Assembly: GCF_001194135.2 (NCBI RefSeq) | Contig: NC_068984.1 | Coordinates: forward strand, 4,539,464-4,602,727 | DNA length: 63,264 nt | From: Octopus bimaculoides | Taxonomy: Eukaryota | Reading direction: 5' to 3' | Shown: in pieces, positions 49,905-62,095 of the stretch | Layout: each line of letters begins with the position of its first letter | Numbering within the stretch: the stretch's first letter is position 1 | Notes under the pieces: generated by a model | The model's input: only the letters and a program-made list of their open reading frames with translations | Told to the model about the DNA's origin: nothing | The model's database searches: none | Position numbers and translations under genes: made by a program

Positions 49905-50300
49905 AACTTGTCTGGCTTCCGTGGCGGTGGCACATAAAAAGCACCATTTGAGTGTGATCGTTACCAGCATTGCTTTACTGGCACGTGAACAAAACATTCG
50001 AGCGAGGTCGTTGCCAGTGCTGCCGGACTGACTCCTGTACAGGTGGCACATAAAAAACACCATTTGAGCGTGGCCGTTGTCAGTACCGCTAGACTGGCCT
50101 ACGTGCCGGTGGCATGTAAAAGCACCCACTACACTCTCTGAGTGGTTGGCGTTAGGAAGGGCATCCAGCTGTAGAAACTCTGCCAAATCAGATTGGAGCC
50201 TGGTGCAGCCATCTGGTTTGCCAGTCCTCAGTCAAATCGTCCAACCCATGCTAGCATGGAAAGTGGACCTTAAACGATGGTGATGATGATGATGATGGTA
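49905..50300 (+). mobile_element. RTE LINE 3' UTR copy with tandem units and (GAT)n tail
   Basis: Collinear with 49090-49460. Confidence 0.85.
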
Positions 50301-50478
50301 ATGATGAATCAAGAAATTGGAGAGATTTAACATATTAATTTACTGCTCGTTATTCTTGGAATAAAATTTAATAGGTTCTTACGCGATGGAAGGTTTTAAT
50401 TTAGATGTGAACATTTCAAAATGGTCAGTTTTAATCAAAGAACATAAAGGTAGTTGAGCAGAATGTGAGCCTACTCAC

Positions 50479-50610
50479 CCTTAGTTGGGTTTCCAACTCC
50501 AAAATTAGGGAATCTGTAACAACTAACTGCCAGTCTTTTTCAAGTGGGCCCCTTGTAGAATCCCCAGGCATCCAAGACTTGAGCCATGATCGAATCCCTG
50601 ACATAGACAT
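50479..50610 (-). CDS. RD3: RD3-family protein, coding exon 1
   Basis: Acceptor TTTTTTTTTAG/A then ATG at 50610; donor AGG/GTGAGT; 132 bp, phase 0. MSMSGIRSWLKSW...QLVVTDSLILELETQLR resembles RD3 ISWLRW...EMVLETLMMELTGQMR. Joins exons 2 and 3 in frame for 210 aa. Confidence 0.85.
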
Positions 50611-53428
50611 TCTAAAAAAAAAGAAAAGAAAAAATAAAGAAAATTAACACACATCTTTCGGTTTGATAATTCTCTTAATGCCACATAACACAATGAATTT
50701 CGAGCGAGGGTTATCTATGAGCAGTTTTCAGTTAAACCTTATTAGTCAAATATTTGTTTTTCACTTCTTAACGATTTTAGATGTCGTCACCAGTTGTGTT
50801 CATAACAATAAATACAAACCTTCAAATGGCTGTTATAAAGGAACATCGTGGTTTTCCAACGTTATTCGCCATCATGAAACTTTTACTAACATCTAACTGG
50901 TGATAATCACCTTAAGGGGTAGGCAAAGTGATCACTATTGACCCCAGGAGGTGTCTATGTGGTCGATAAGTTATCGACGATTTCATGATATACAAGAAGT
51001 TTGTCAACCCCTGTTTTGAGTATTGTTGACTACGTACAAGCATGCAAAACGCATGAAACATCAGAATAACATTAACAGGGCAACGATATTACAGATCCGA
51101 TGGACACAGAGTGCGGCTGTTGATCGGATACGTATTTACATAATAATAATAATAATAATACAAACAGAAATGAGTAAATTCTGGGAAGTACACCCGCACG
51201 AGTTTCACTAAGAAAAAAAAAGCTTCGGACTTTTTAATTTACCCATAAATGAATATATATTATTAAATATATAATCTTTAATGCACAACTTTGATATTTC
51301 CTAGCAAGGATTAAAAACAAAACAGAAAAACATTCTTAGAGAAGAATTAAGGAAACTGTTGATATTTTATAAATGACTAAGATTCGTGTAAACAGTATAC
51401 AAACATCTTTTTTTTATGCAATGAATGGATTAATGCTTCATAATATCAGAATTATTTTTGCAGAAAAGAAGAAAATGAACATACACAACAATATTTAAAA
51501 CTATTATTTTTTATCTATTTAAAACGAGTTTTCCTTTATCGTAATAAGGAGGAAGTCGTTTTCGATAAGGATAAATAATTTTAAATGTCAAGACTTTGTT
51601 TTCCGAAGTAAATTTTGGGGCTTAGAACCGAAAAATACTGATAATTTTAGATAAGGAAAGACGGTAAATGAGTTTTATTTTCAGGACAGAGTTAAAAATG
51701 GGTTGATTTTTAAGGTAAGAAATTTTTTTAAATGAGTCAATTTTTAAAGATATTAAGATCTGTAGTCGAAACAAGAAATGACAATATTTGTTTAAAAAAC
51801 ATTGTTGCATTCATCGTATAAAAGCAACAAACAAAATAATTACTACATCAAGATCTGCTATTATGTAAATGATACATGAAATAAATTCACTTAATAGATT
51901 TAAATATTGTTGCAATAATAATAATAGTAAATGCAACAAAACAATAAATCAAATGTGACAGTATGTGTGGTGTCTATANNNNNNNNNNTATATAATGTCA
52001 GTGCTATTAGAATAATCGTCATCGTTGAAAAACCTAAAAGAAAAGATGTTTTCGAGTTTGCTTACCGGTCATATACCAGCGACCCTGTTATCTCAACAAT
52101 GTTGTTAAACAACGCATCTGTTGACAATTAGTAAATACGAAACTAAATCCAATTAGTAGTAAATGCAGACATCTAAACAGCAATATAATAACCCTTTCCT
52201 TAGTGACGACTGCTTTAATAAATTTCTTTTTAATTATAAAATAAAACCCGGTTTATCATACCCATGATATATCATCTCTCTATCTTTCAAATATAACGAG
52301 TAATTGTAATTATTGTTTAACCCTAGGTCCGTCCTGATCGAGAATACCATGATCAAAATATACGTCAGAGCTGACGATACCGTCTTTTCATGTGTATCTC
52401 AGATTACATTACCTAATGTGTCCTTCGTTATTTTAAAACGGTAGTATGTCCTTTATGGAAGGTTTAGCTGTTGTTTCTAACATGATGACTCTATAGAGAG
52501 ACTCGTTGGCTCCTATAATGGATGTTGATACCAGAGATATTAAATTCAGGTGTTAGATAGAGGTGAAACTTGAAAAGCTTCTGAATATTCTAGAAAAATG
52601 TTACCGATGAAGAAAGTGGCACTAAATTTCAAGACTATTCACGTCATTAATATATTTTCATTTTTGTTATAGTTTATTTATATTTACGAAAAAATATACG
52701 AAAATTGTGTCAATTCGCAAATATTTGAAAATAAAAAAAGCCTACTCTATTTTTCAATATTATCTTTGTGTGTTCCACCCGAAGTCGACTTTACCTTTCA
52801 TCCTTTCGGGGTCGATAAATCAAGTACCAGTTAGGTAATGGGGTCAATGTAATCGACTACTCCCCTTCCCAAAATTGCAGGCCTTGTGCCTATAGTAGAA
52901 AGGATTATCTTTGCGTGTGCGTGTGCGTGCGGCCGCGCGTGTATGTATGTATGCAATGAATGCATGCGAGTGTGTGCGTATAAGTGCGTGTGCGTGTGTG
53001 TAAATGTAAATTAGATTGCTAATGAACAGAAACTATAATATAACTTAAGATTAGTTGAGAAGCTGCTAGAAATCAGATATTCAAACTGAGATAAATTTAA
53101 TGATACTATTAAAGGTTTTATAAATAATTAATGTTTTGTATAGACATTACCTGGGAGAATAGTATCTCACGGAACGATCGACCTAAAAGATGCAGATTGC
53201 TGATGAGAGAGAAGTTATTCTTTAAAGATATCTGCCTCGTACCATCATTGAAAAGTAACAGACGACAAGCTGCCAATTGTTGACGATAATGAGTGGGAGT
53301 GGTATGCACAAGATGATATTTCGTTGTCACTGAGATAAAAGTAGTTATCTGACTTATTTATTCAACAAGCAGAATTGCTGATAAAAGCAAGGACGTAAGA
53401 TGATTAAATGTAGTGTGCACTCCGCCGA

Positions 53429-54089
53429 CTTTGTTTCCTCTTAACTTTAAAAAAAAATGGATATTTTTAATATAAAATTTTCTATTCAGATGGCATAAAT
53501 TCCGATTATATCGGAATTTGTTGTGGAAATTGTTTTCTGAGGCCTGGAAGAGAAGTTTCGAAAAATTTACACGTGTTGCCTTTGTTTCCTCATAACTTTC
53601 AGAAAACTGGGTATCCTTTATGAAATTTTCAACAATTACCTTTCAGAGTGTGTAGATTACGATTATATCGGAAGTTAATATTAAAAGGATAATAATAATA
53701 ATTGTTGGGCGTGCACACATTCATACTGACAAACATCACATATGAATGAAACTTGAAATTTCGAAAAAAAATTGTTATGCGTCAGTATTTATGAGTATAT
53801 GCCCATCGTTTTTTCTTTTTTTTTTCCCCACATCAAATTCTGGTATAATCGTAATCTATACAACTTGAAAGACATTTGTGGAAAATTTCATTTAAAAAAT
53901 ACCCAATTTTCTGAAAGTTATGAGGAAACAAAGCCGACTCCTATGAATTTTCCGAAATTTCTTTTCCCACTCCTGGAAAAATCTTTTCCAACAAATTCTG
54001 ATATAAACGGAATCTATACCATCTAAAGCATAATTGTAAAAATTTTATTTTAAAAATTCAATTTTTCAGAAAGTTATGAGGAAACAAAG
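53429..54089. mobile_element. Fold-back/MITE-like element built from four ~100-bp modules (two inverted, two direct)
   Basis: CTTTGTTTCCTC(A/T)TAACTTT at 53429 and 53580; AAAGTTATGAGGAAACAAAG ending 53933 and 54089. Confidence 0.7.
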
Positions 54090-54567
54090 TTGTGTAGGTA
54101 TGCCTGAATGTAACTATATTTCCTTTAAATTATGCTATGTTTTGTAACTATATTTCTTTATGACACTATATTTTCTTAAAATCAAAAAAAAATACTTGAT
54201 GCTGTGAGCCTAATTGTTTAATTACCATATTTACTCATTTATCAGGTGCACTTGTGTATAAATCACACCTCCAATTTGGTGTTCAAGCTTGGAAGATAAT
54301 TTTTTTCCTGTCACAGTTTTAGCTTTGCCCCATGCATAAATCACACTCCAGTTCTTTTCATTTAAAAAGAAGCTTAAAATAGTGGGGGGAAAAAATGCCA
54401 TTATTTCAATAAATTCATGTCAAGAAGGACTGGAGAAAACAAGTGTGGAACTTAACATGTTTGGAAAGGTTTCAACTCTAAATTCATTCTTTACAGTTGC
54501 ACAATATTACAAATATTTAGGGAAAGCACAATGTCATTTCAGTTTTTTTCTCCAATAAATTACTGGT

Positions 54568-54950
54568 AAGGCGGTGAGCTGGCAGAATTGTTAGCACGCT
54601 GGGTGAAATGCTTCGTGGCATTTCGTCTGTCTTTACGTCCTGAGTTCAAATTCCACCAAGGTTGACTATGCCTTTCATCTTTTTGGGGTCGATAAATTAA
54701 GTACCGGTTGCATACTGGGGTCGATCAAATCAACTGGCCCCCTCCCCCCAAATTTCGGACCTTGTGCCTAGAGTAGAAAAGAATCATTAGCACATTGGGC
54801 GAAATGCTTAGCGATATTTCATCTGTGTTTACGTTCTGAGTTCAAATTCCACCGAGGTCAACTTTGCTTTTCTTCCTTTCAGGGTCGATCTAATTGACTG
54901 CCCCCCTCCCCCAAAATTTCAGGCCTTGTGCCTAGATTAGAAAAGAATAA
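54568..54950 (+). mobile_element. Two tandem SINE family A copies (tail variant 1)
   Basis: AGGCGGTGAGCTGGCAGAATTGTTAGC head; tails ...GCCTTGTGCCTAGA..AGAAAAGAAT. Confidence 0.88.
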
Positions 54951-55490
54951 ACGACTGGTATTCATTTTTTGAACAACAGGGAACTGAAAAACAAGCAGAG
55001 TTTAAAATCAAAATGTACAGGGACATCATCATCATCATCATTATCATTACCATCATTTCACATCCATATTTCTATTCTAGCTTGAGTTGGATGGTTTGAC
55101 AAGACCTAATGAATCCAGGGACTGTATTGTGCGCCACTGCCTACTTTGGCATAATTTCTAATGACTGGATGCCCTTCCTAATGCCAGCCACTTTACAGCA
55201 TGGATTGGATGTATTTTTCATGGCACTAGCACCAGAGAAGTTGCCATGTACCTCGTAAAACTAACATTGCCTTTGAGTGAAGCAGCTACAGTAGAGATGG
55301 AATTGGTATTTATGCTATCTTTGATATTTTACTTGTTTCAGTCATTAGACTGCAGCCATGCTGGAGCACCACCTTGGATAAATCTTTATTAAGCCTGGTA
55401 CTTATTCTATCAGTCTCTTCTGCTAAACTGTTAAGTTACAGAGCCACAAACACATCAACACCAGTTGTCAAACAGTGTTGGGGAGGAGAT

Positions 55491-55528
<38 letters not shown>

Positions 55529-57428
55529 ACACTCACACACATACACATGCACACTCACACTTATACAGAGACTTCTCAAAATGAAGTAGACACCCTTCAT
55601 TCTACTTTTGTCCTAACATATTTAGGAAAAAATCTATGAAAATGCTTTGGACAGGCAAAGGGTTAAGAATGAAATGTTCTGTTCACAGACATAACATGGT
55701 GCCAAATGCAAGATACAAACCACTTTATATAAAGTATTTTAATTGGCCATTACATAGAATTTCCTTGGAAAATGATTCTGTGTATAATATTACAAACATC
55801 AAAGTAGAATGTAATTATTTCCAAAGAAATTGGTTTTAAATTTTGGCACAAGGCCAGCAATTTTTTGCAGAGGTGCTAAGTTGGTTACATCGATCTCAGT
55901 GTTCAGCTGGTACTTATTTTATTGACCCCAAAAGGATGAAAGACAGAGTGGACTTTTGCAGGATTTGAACTCAGAATGTAAAGATGGATGAAATGCTGCT
56001 AAGCATTTCGTCTGGTGTGTGAGCAATTCTGCTAGGTCACTGTTTTATTATTTCTATAGACATTGAGGGAATAGTACTCTAGTAATAAAAACCATGGCAG
56101 TACCACTTTCATGTGTTTATGCAGCACAGCACTGTTGTTCTTTGTATAGGAAGCTAATCTCTTTGTTACAAAAATAAAAGCAAGCAAAAAAGCAAAACGA
56201 TAATTCCTCTAATTTCTTTGTCTGACTCCATGCTCTAGATTCTGTTGTATTATTGTATCATCTTTCATAATTAATTAAGTTACCATGGAAGTAGATTGTA
56301 TTTACTACATCAAACAAACCATCTTAGCAATAAGCCATTATATTTGGTCTATTGTAACACACTGTCTCCTCAAATGATATACTTAAAATGGTCTTTCATT
56401 CTGCACAAAGATTCTTCCTCCACCTACCCCCATCATTACACTGCATGTCAACTATTGATTTTATTCACTGCTTCTTTCTGCAATGGCTTAAGCAGAGCCA
56501 TTTTTCCTGATGCTTTTAGAATAACAGGATATAAATTGCATCTTAGTTTTGCAAATTGTCATTTCTAGGTCTCTTGACTGAGATTCATTCATTCAGTTTT
56601 CAAAATTTCTCCACTGAATCTGAAACATTTTGACAATTCATTTAACAATTTGCCATTTCATTTTGTAATTCTTTCTCTAGTGAGCATGGGGGGGGGGGGC
56701 ACGTTGTGACTGAAAATAACAAGTTCCTATATTAAGAGATGGTAACATATTAAGTATAATACATAGATGGTTGTTTTAATTAAATGCTGCTTCAATTGCA
56801 TACAATTAATATTTTTTCAGCCCAGTGGCTATTTGCAATATCAGTGAAAGCATTATTCACTATTTCCTATATATTGGAGGCAAAAGCTTTTGTTCAGACA
56901 TGTAACTATGGGTTCACACCATTGGCAAGGCCCAAGAAAGCCAAAATACTTCTGATGTTCTTGTTTATTGCTACCAGGATCATTCATCATCTGCCTCCAG
57001 TGTGTATAACACATACATACTGTGTCTTTAACACAACACATCTGTAAGAGATTTTCTCTCAGCCAAAAACCACAGAACCTTGCCTGTCAGCGATTATGCG
57101 TGATATTAGATGTCTGTTATGAATTATGTCTTTTGGTAGATAAATACATCCTCTAAATCAATTTTTGCTTCATTTAATAGCCCTATTAAAATTAATGTAT
57201 TGGGAGATTTTTCATAAAATATAGAAAGATTCGGTGAATTTTGAGGAAAGTATAAGGTAAACAAAATACCAATATCAAAAAGGAGACAACAAAGGTAGGA
57301 AGAGGGTTCAAGTTGAACTGAAGTAAGTCTGGAAAAGGATCAAATAAAGTCTATAGAATTTTATATATCAAAATATTAAGCTACGTAAATTATGTCCAAC
57401 CCATGCCAGCATGGAAAGTGGACATAGT

Positions 57429-57582
57429 GGCTGTGTGGTAAGAGGTTTGCTTCCCAACCACATGGTTCTGGGTTCAGTCTCACTACGTAGCACCTTGTAC
57501 AAGTGTCTTCTACTATAGCCTCAAGCTGGCCAAAGCCTTGTGAGTGGATTTGGTAGATGGAAACTGAAAAGAAGCCCATCGT

Positions 57583-57623
<41 letters not shown>

Positions 57624-57870
57624 CATACACTCACACAGACACACATATATATGTATTTATGTGTGTGTGTCTATATCTTTGTGTGTGTTTGTCCCCACCA
57701 CCATTGCTTGACAACCGATGGTGGTATGTTTATGTCCCCGTAACTTAACAGTTTGGCAAAAGTGACCGATATAATAAGTACTATGCTTACAAAGAATAAC
57801 TCCTGGGGTTGATTTCTTCAACTAAAAAACACTTTAAGGCAGTGCTCCGCGTGCTACAGTCAAATGACCT
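57429..57870 (+). mobile_element. SINE family D, full length, with internal microsatellite
   Basis: GGCTGTGTGGTAAG (A box), GGGTTCAGTC (B-box-like), (TA)n/(CA)n middle, 3' half CCACCATTGCTTGACAACCG...TACAAAGAATAA.TCCTGGGG. 3' halves also at 60680-60862 (+) and 55325-55495 (-). Confidence 0.8.
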
Positions 57871-58258
57871 TGCAACCCTCTCCAGCTGAGCACCCCTTAT
57901 CTGGTGGGCTCATAGGTGCTGTTACCACATAAAAAGCACTTGTGCCAGTGCTGCATAAAAGCACCAACTACACTCTGTAAAGTGGTTGGCAATAGGAAGG
58001 GCATCTGGTCATAAAAACCATATCAAAACAGACAACTGGAGCTGGTCAGCTCCTGTTAAACCTGCCAAACCATCCAACTCTGATCTGGCAGAGTTTCTAC
58101 AGCTGGATGCCCTTCCTAACGCCAACCACTCCGAGAGTGTAGTGGGTGCTTTTTACGTGCCACCGGCACGAGGCCAGTCTGGCGGTACTGGCATATATAT
58201 GTATATATATATATATATGTGTGTGTATGTATGTATGTATGTATGTATNNNNNNNNNN

Positions 58259-58302
<44 letters not shown>

Positions 58303-59019
58303 GGTATATGTATGTATCTAATATGCATATGTCATATGTATATACAATAACAGTTTAGTATGTCTTTTCCCTTTGTTCCTAATCATTGTTACAGTGCTTT
58401 CCATGGTCTTTACAATGAAAATCCTGTAGGAATGATGTGGGACACATAGAGGAAACACTCCTTTGGGAATCAACAAGCTCTAACTTGATCCACCACCAAT
58501 GCTGAATGTTTAGAAAACGGTCGATTCTTTTGTCTTTTCAACTTGGATTCAGTCATAGAATACTTCAGATTACCATTCACTATTGATACAAAGACCAAAG
58601 ACAAAGATATTTCTTGCAACCATAAATGACATGAATAAAAATCGTTTTTGTATCTCCGGGATCTTTGATGTGAAATCACGAAGCAGATTTTGTTGTATCT
58701 TGGGAGGGTCACTACGCCAGTAAGAAACATACACTGGTTGTATTTCACTTCTGATTGACCTGGAGAAGTGAGAGCATGGCATTTATGAGGTTGCGAATGG
58801 TGCTGAAAGGACTCTGATGAACTTCACTTATTGATTAAATGATTGACTGAGCGATTAATCAAATAGCCAATTAGTTAACTGGTTAAATGGTTAACTAATT
58901 GACTAACAACAATAAAAGAAGTGAAACAGAATCAATGCCTGTATGTGTTTCTTATTGGCATGATGGCCCTACCAAGGCACAACAAAAATAGTTCATGTGT
59001 CTAAAATACAAGTGAAGGT

Positions 59020-59295
59020 GCATGGCCTGGTGGTTAGGGTGTTGCACTCCTGATTGCAAGATCATGAGTTTGATTCCCAGACCAAGGTAGTGTATTGTGT
59101 TCTTGAGCAAAACATCTTCATTCCATGTTGTTCCAAGCCACTCAACTGTAAATGGGTCCACCCTGTGATGGAATAGCTTTCTAATCAGAGGAATGCTGAC
59201 CTGCTCATCTTGCCAGTGGGGGGTGGGGAGTCATTTGAAAGCTAAAACCAATGCAAAGTGTATTGTGACCAGTGATGTATAACAAGATCTGATAG
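59020..59295 (+). mobile_element. CORE-like tRNA SINE (family E)
   Basis: GCATGGCCTGGTGGTTAGGG...GAGTTTGATTCC...GTGTTCTTGAGCAAAACA. Confidence 0.65.
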
Positions 59296-59410
59296 TCTAG
59301 ATGATACTGTGAAAATACAAGTATACACACAAATGGACTTGCTGTGTAAACATACAAATATACACATTCACTAATTGACTCATGGATGAGACAAATAAAT
59401 GTCTTGTAAC

Positions 59411-59705
59411 CAGTGGTGGACTGGGTCTAGAAATATTGGTTGCCAGGAGACTAAGGGAGCCCACCCGCAACTACAATGCTATCATTTAAGTTGTTTTTTT
59501 TTTGGTTAAAAGTATTCTTTTCAATTGTCTACAAACACAGCCAGGCTGAAATAATTAGTGCATTCTTCTAGGAGTGAATAAAAAATTCTGAAACTTGAAG
59601 GGATGGACCCCTTAGATACTAACATGGGACCACATGTACGGACTCTAATGGTGCAGGGACCCACTTGCCATCAGGGAAGCTGGTAACCTGGCCAGTCCAC
59701 CGCTG
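59411..59705. mobile_element. hAT-type MITE, 295 bp, with 8-bp target-site duplication
   Basis: TIRs CAGTGGTGGACTGG and CCAGTCCACCGCTG (13/14); flanks CTTGTAAC and CTTCTAAC (7/8). Confidence 0.8.
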
Positions 59706-60076
59706 CTTCTAACTACATATATACTTGACTATAAGATGCCCTCGCCTATAAGATGCACCCCCAACTTACAAGGTTCAAATCAGGAATTTTATCATTGACA
59801 TGATTCTAAGTTGCAGTGACTTTTTTGATGTTGGGGAGCAAAGTTTGATTAGGAATTGTGCCAATATATATATATATATATATATAAATAATTTAGAGAA
59901 GAACCACCGATATACAATTCAAACAATGAAGGAGATCAGACATCATAAAGAAAAACATACTCTACAAAATACTAATTTAAAAATCTATACCTAAAAGAAA
60001 AGTTTATAATCCATAAAAATCTATAAAATACGAGACTAAAAATTTAATTCAGTTTAGTAAGTTGATAAAAAAGAAA

Positions 60077-60200
60077 GTGAATTGTAGACTACGCGTGTTT
60101 CGTGGCCACATAATAGCAGAAAAAATCTGTACAATTCACAATAAAACAATAAATCGGTCGAGATAAATTCTACTCGGAATGAAGTCACTCTTCAGGTCTT
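60077..60200 (-). ncRNA. Type I hammerhead ribozyme with intact core, extended helix II and predicted pseudoknot
   Basis: AGAC-CUGAAGA-GUG...CAC-GAAA-C(ACGC)GUA^GUCU. All core nucleotides are present; helix I is AGAC/GUCU; predicted cleavage between 60090 and 60089. Confidence 0.8.
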
Positions 60201-60638
60201 TATAAATTCTAACAATGTATCCTACTATTTAAATAATACAAATAAAATGAAATAGAAATAAAGTAGAAATATCTGTACAAGTAGGAATGCTCTTATTAGT
60301 ACAATACATAAAATGTCAAGGTTTAATAATAATAATTATCTGTCAAGTTAAAGGCATAATTCCTCTAGTAAAGAAATGCTATCTGTAGATTAAGGATAGG
60401 AATATATATAAAAAGATAATGTTATTAATTAATAAATGAATTCGAACGTTTAACAGTATTCATAAAATAAACATTTAACTTCATTCTTTGAATTGCATTT
60501 TGGTGATTCTTCTCTAAATAATTAATATATTTTTTATTATAAAATTCAATTTGGTATTACTAAATTAAATATCCTTGTAAGTTTGGATTTTGACATTCCC
60601 TAATGTTATAATATTTATATATATGTATGTATTTATGA

Positions 60639-60671
<33 letters not shown>

Positions 60672-61894
60672 TGTCTGTTAGTCCCCCATCATCGCTTGGC
60701 AAATGATGTCGGTGTGTTTATGTCCCTGTAACTTAGTGGTTTGGCAAAAGAGAACAATTGAATAAGTACTAGGCTTACAAAGAATAAGTCCTGGGGTTGA
60801 TTTGCTCTACTAAAGGCAGTGTTCCAGCATGGCCACAGTCAAATGAGTGAAACAAATAAAATAATATATATATATGAATATATTATTGTCTTTTAACTGA
60901 ATCCAACAAGTAACAAACTCACCGATTGCTGGTTCAAACCTGAACAGAAGCAAGACTGTTCTCACTTTACAAACCTGAAAGATAAATAAAAAAAAAAAAG
61001 AGAATGAAAGAAAGGAATGTTGGGATTGGTTCAGTCGTTGTAGAAGGGTTCAAGGATAGAAAGAGAGAGAAAGAGAGGAAGAAAAGAAAGAATAATTGAC
61101 AAAAGAGAAATACAAACAGAGAGAGAGAGAGAGAGAGTTAATGAGGAGGAAAAGATAGAGTGGTTCAAGTAAGATAAAACAAGGTCTATAGATGAATAAT
61201 AATAGGATGTTGTTAGTAATAGGATGTGTGCTAGAAATGTAATTGTACTTTGTGTGTATTGGTAACATGAAACCCAGTACAATTTGTTCGTGACTAAACT
61301 GGCAATATTATGGCGCTTGCTTGGTCAGAAGGGGGTTTCTGTTGGTCATCCTGCAGGACAAAAAACAAAGACTGTCAAAGAGTGAATGAACTGAGTAGAG
61401 TCAATGGCCATCTGATAGCTGGGAGTCAGAGACTCCTAGCGTTTGTGTAGACATCTGTCTCTAGAAGGAAAATTCTGATGTAACATCTGTGACTCTGTTT
61501 GCATCCAATGATGTGGAGTTGTTCTTCTTTTTGGGAGGATGCATATGTAGCAAGGCACAAGAAGCCAGTGCCATTTTGTATGAGATCACGCCGGTAGCCA
61601 TTACCATGTCCGAGACTGGAGCGAGATCTCTCCTGCAACCATTTGCCATATGCAAGACGACGGCGAGACTCTCGTCGGCAACGACTCTTTAAGCAGGAGA
61701 ATTAAGACATTCTTTCTCTTTCTTCCTTCTCGCTTACGCTGAGAAACACTGCGAAACTGGCAGCTCACAGAGGATTCTTATCTCACTCTAACTTCACCTG
61801 TTATCTCCAGAGGATTACCTCACCTGTGCAGAGCTATAACGAACCACACGCTGCATGGAACATGGGCATCAAATGATGATGATGATGATGACAA

Positions 61895-62095
61895 TTGTAC
61901 TTGTATGGTCATGTGATATGTATGGTTGAAGATATCTGCCTAAAGAAGAGCTGATCTCTGAATGTGGAGAGAAAGACCCAGGAAGATGTAAGACAAAGTG
62001 CTGAGAAATGATCTTCAGACGTTGAGCGTCAGAGAGGAGATGACAAAGGTCCATGACTTTCGGTGATTTGCTGGGCTTGAAAAGACCCATCCATT
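61895..62095 (+). mobile_element. RTE LINE ORF C-terminus relic
   Basis: L.LYGHVICMVED.CLKK...RP.KM*DKVLRNDLQTLSVREEMTK-like segments. Confidence 0.65.

Noticed and set aside
61400-61885. GC-richer block with small hairpins ending in a (GAT)n run; considered as an HDV-like ribozyme or RTE 5' end
   Set aside because: I could not assemble P1-P4 nested pseudoknot pairing or a recognisable ORF; left unclassified.
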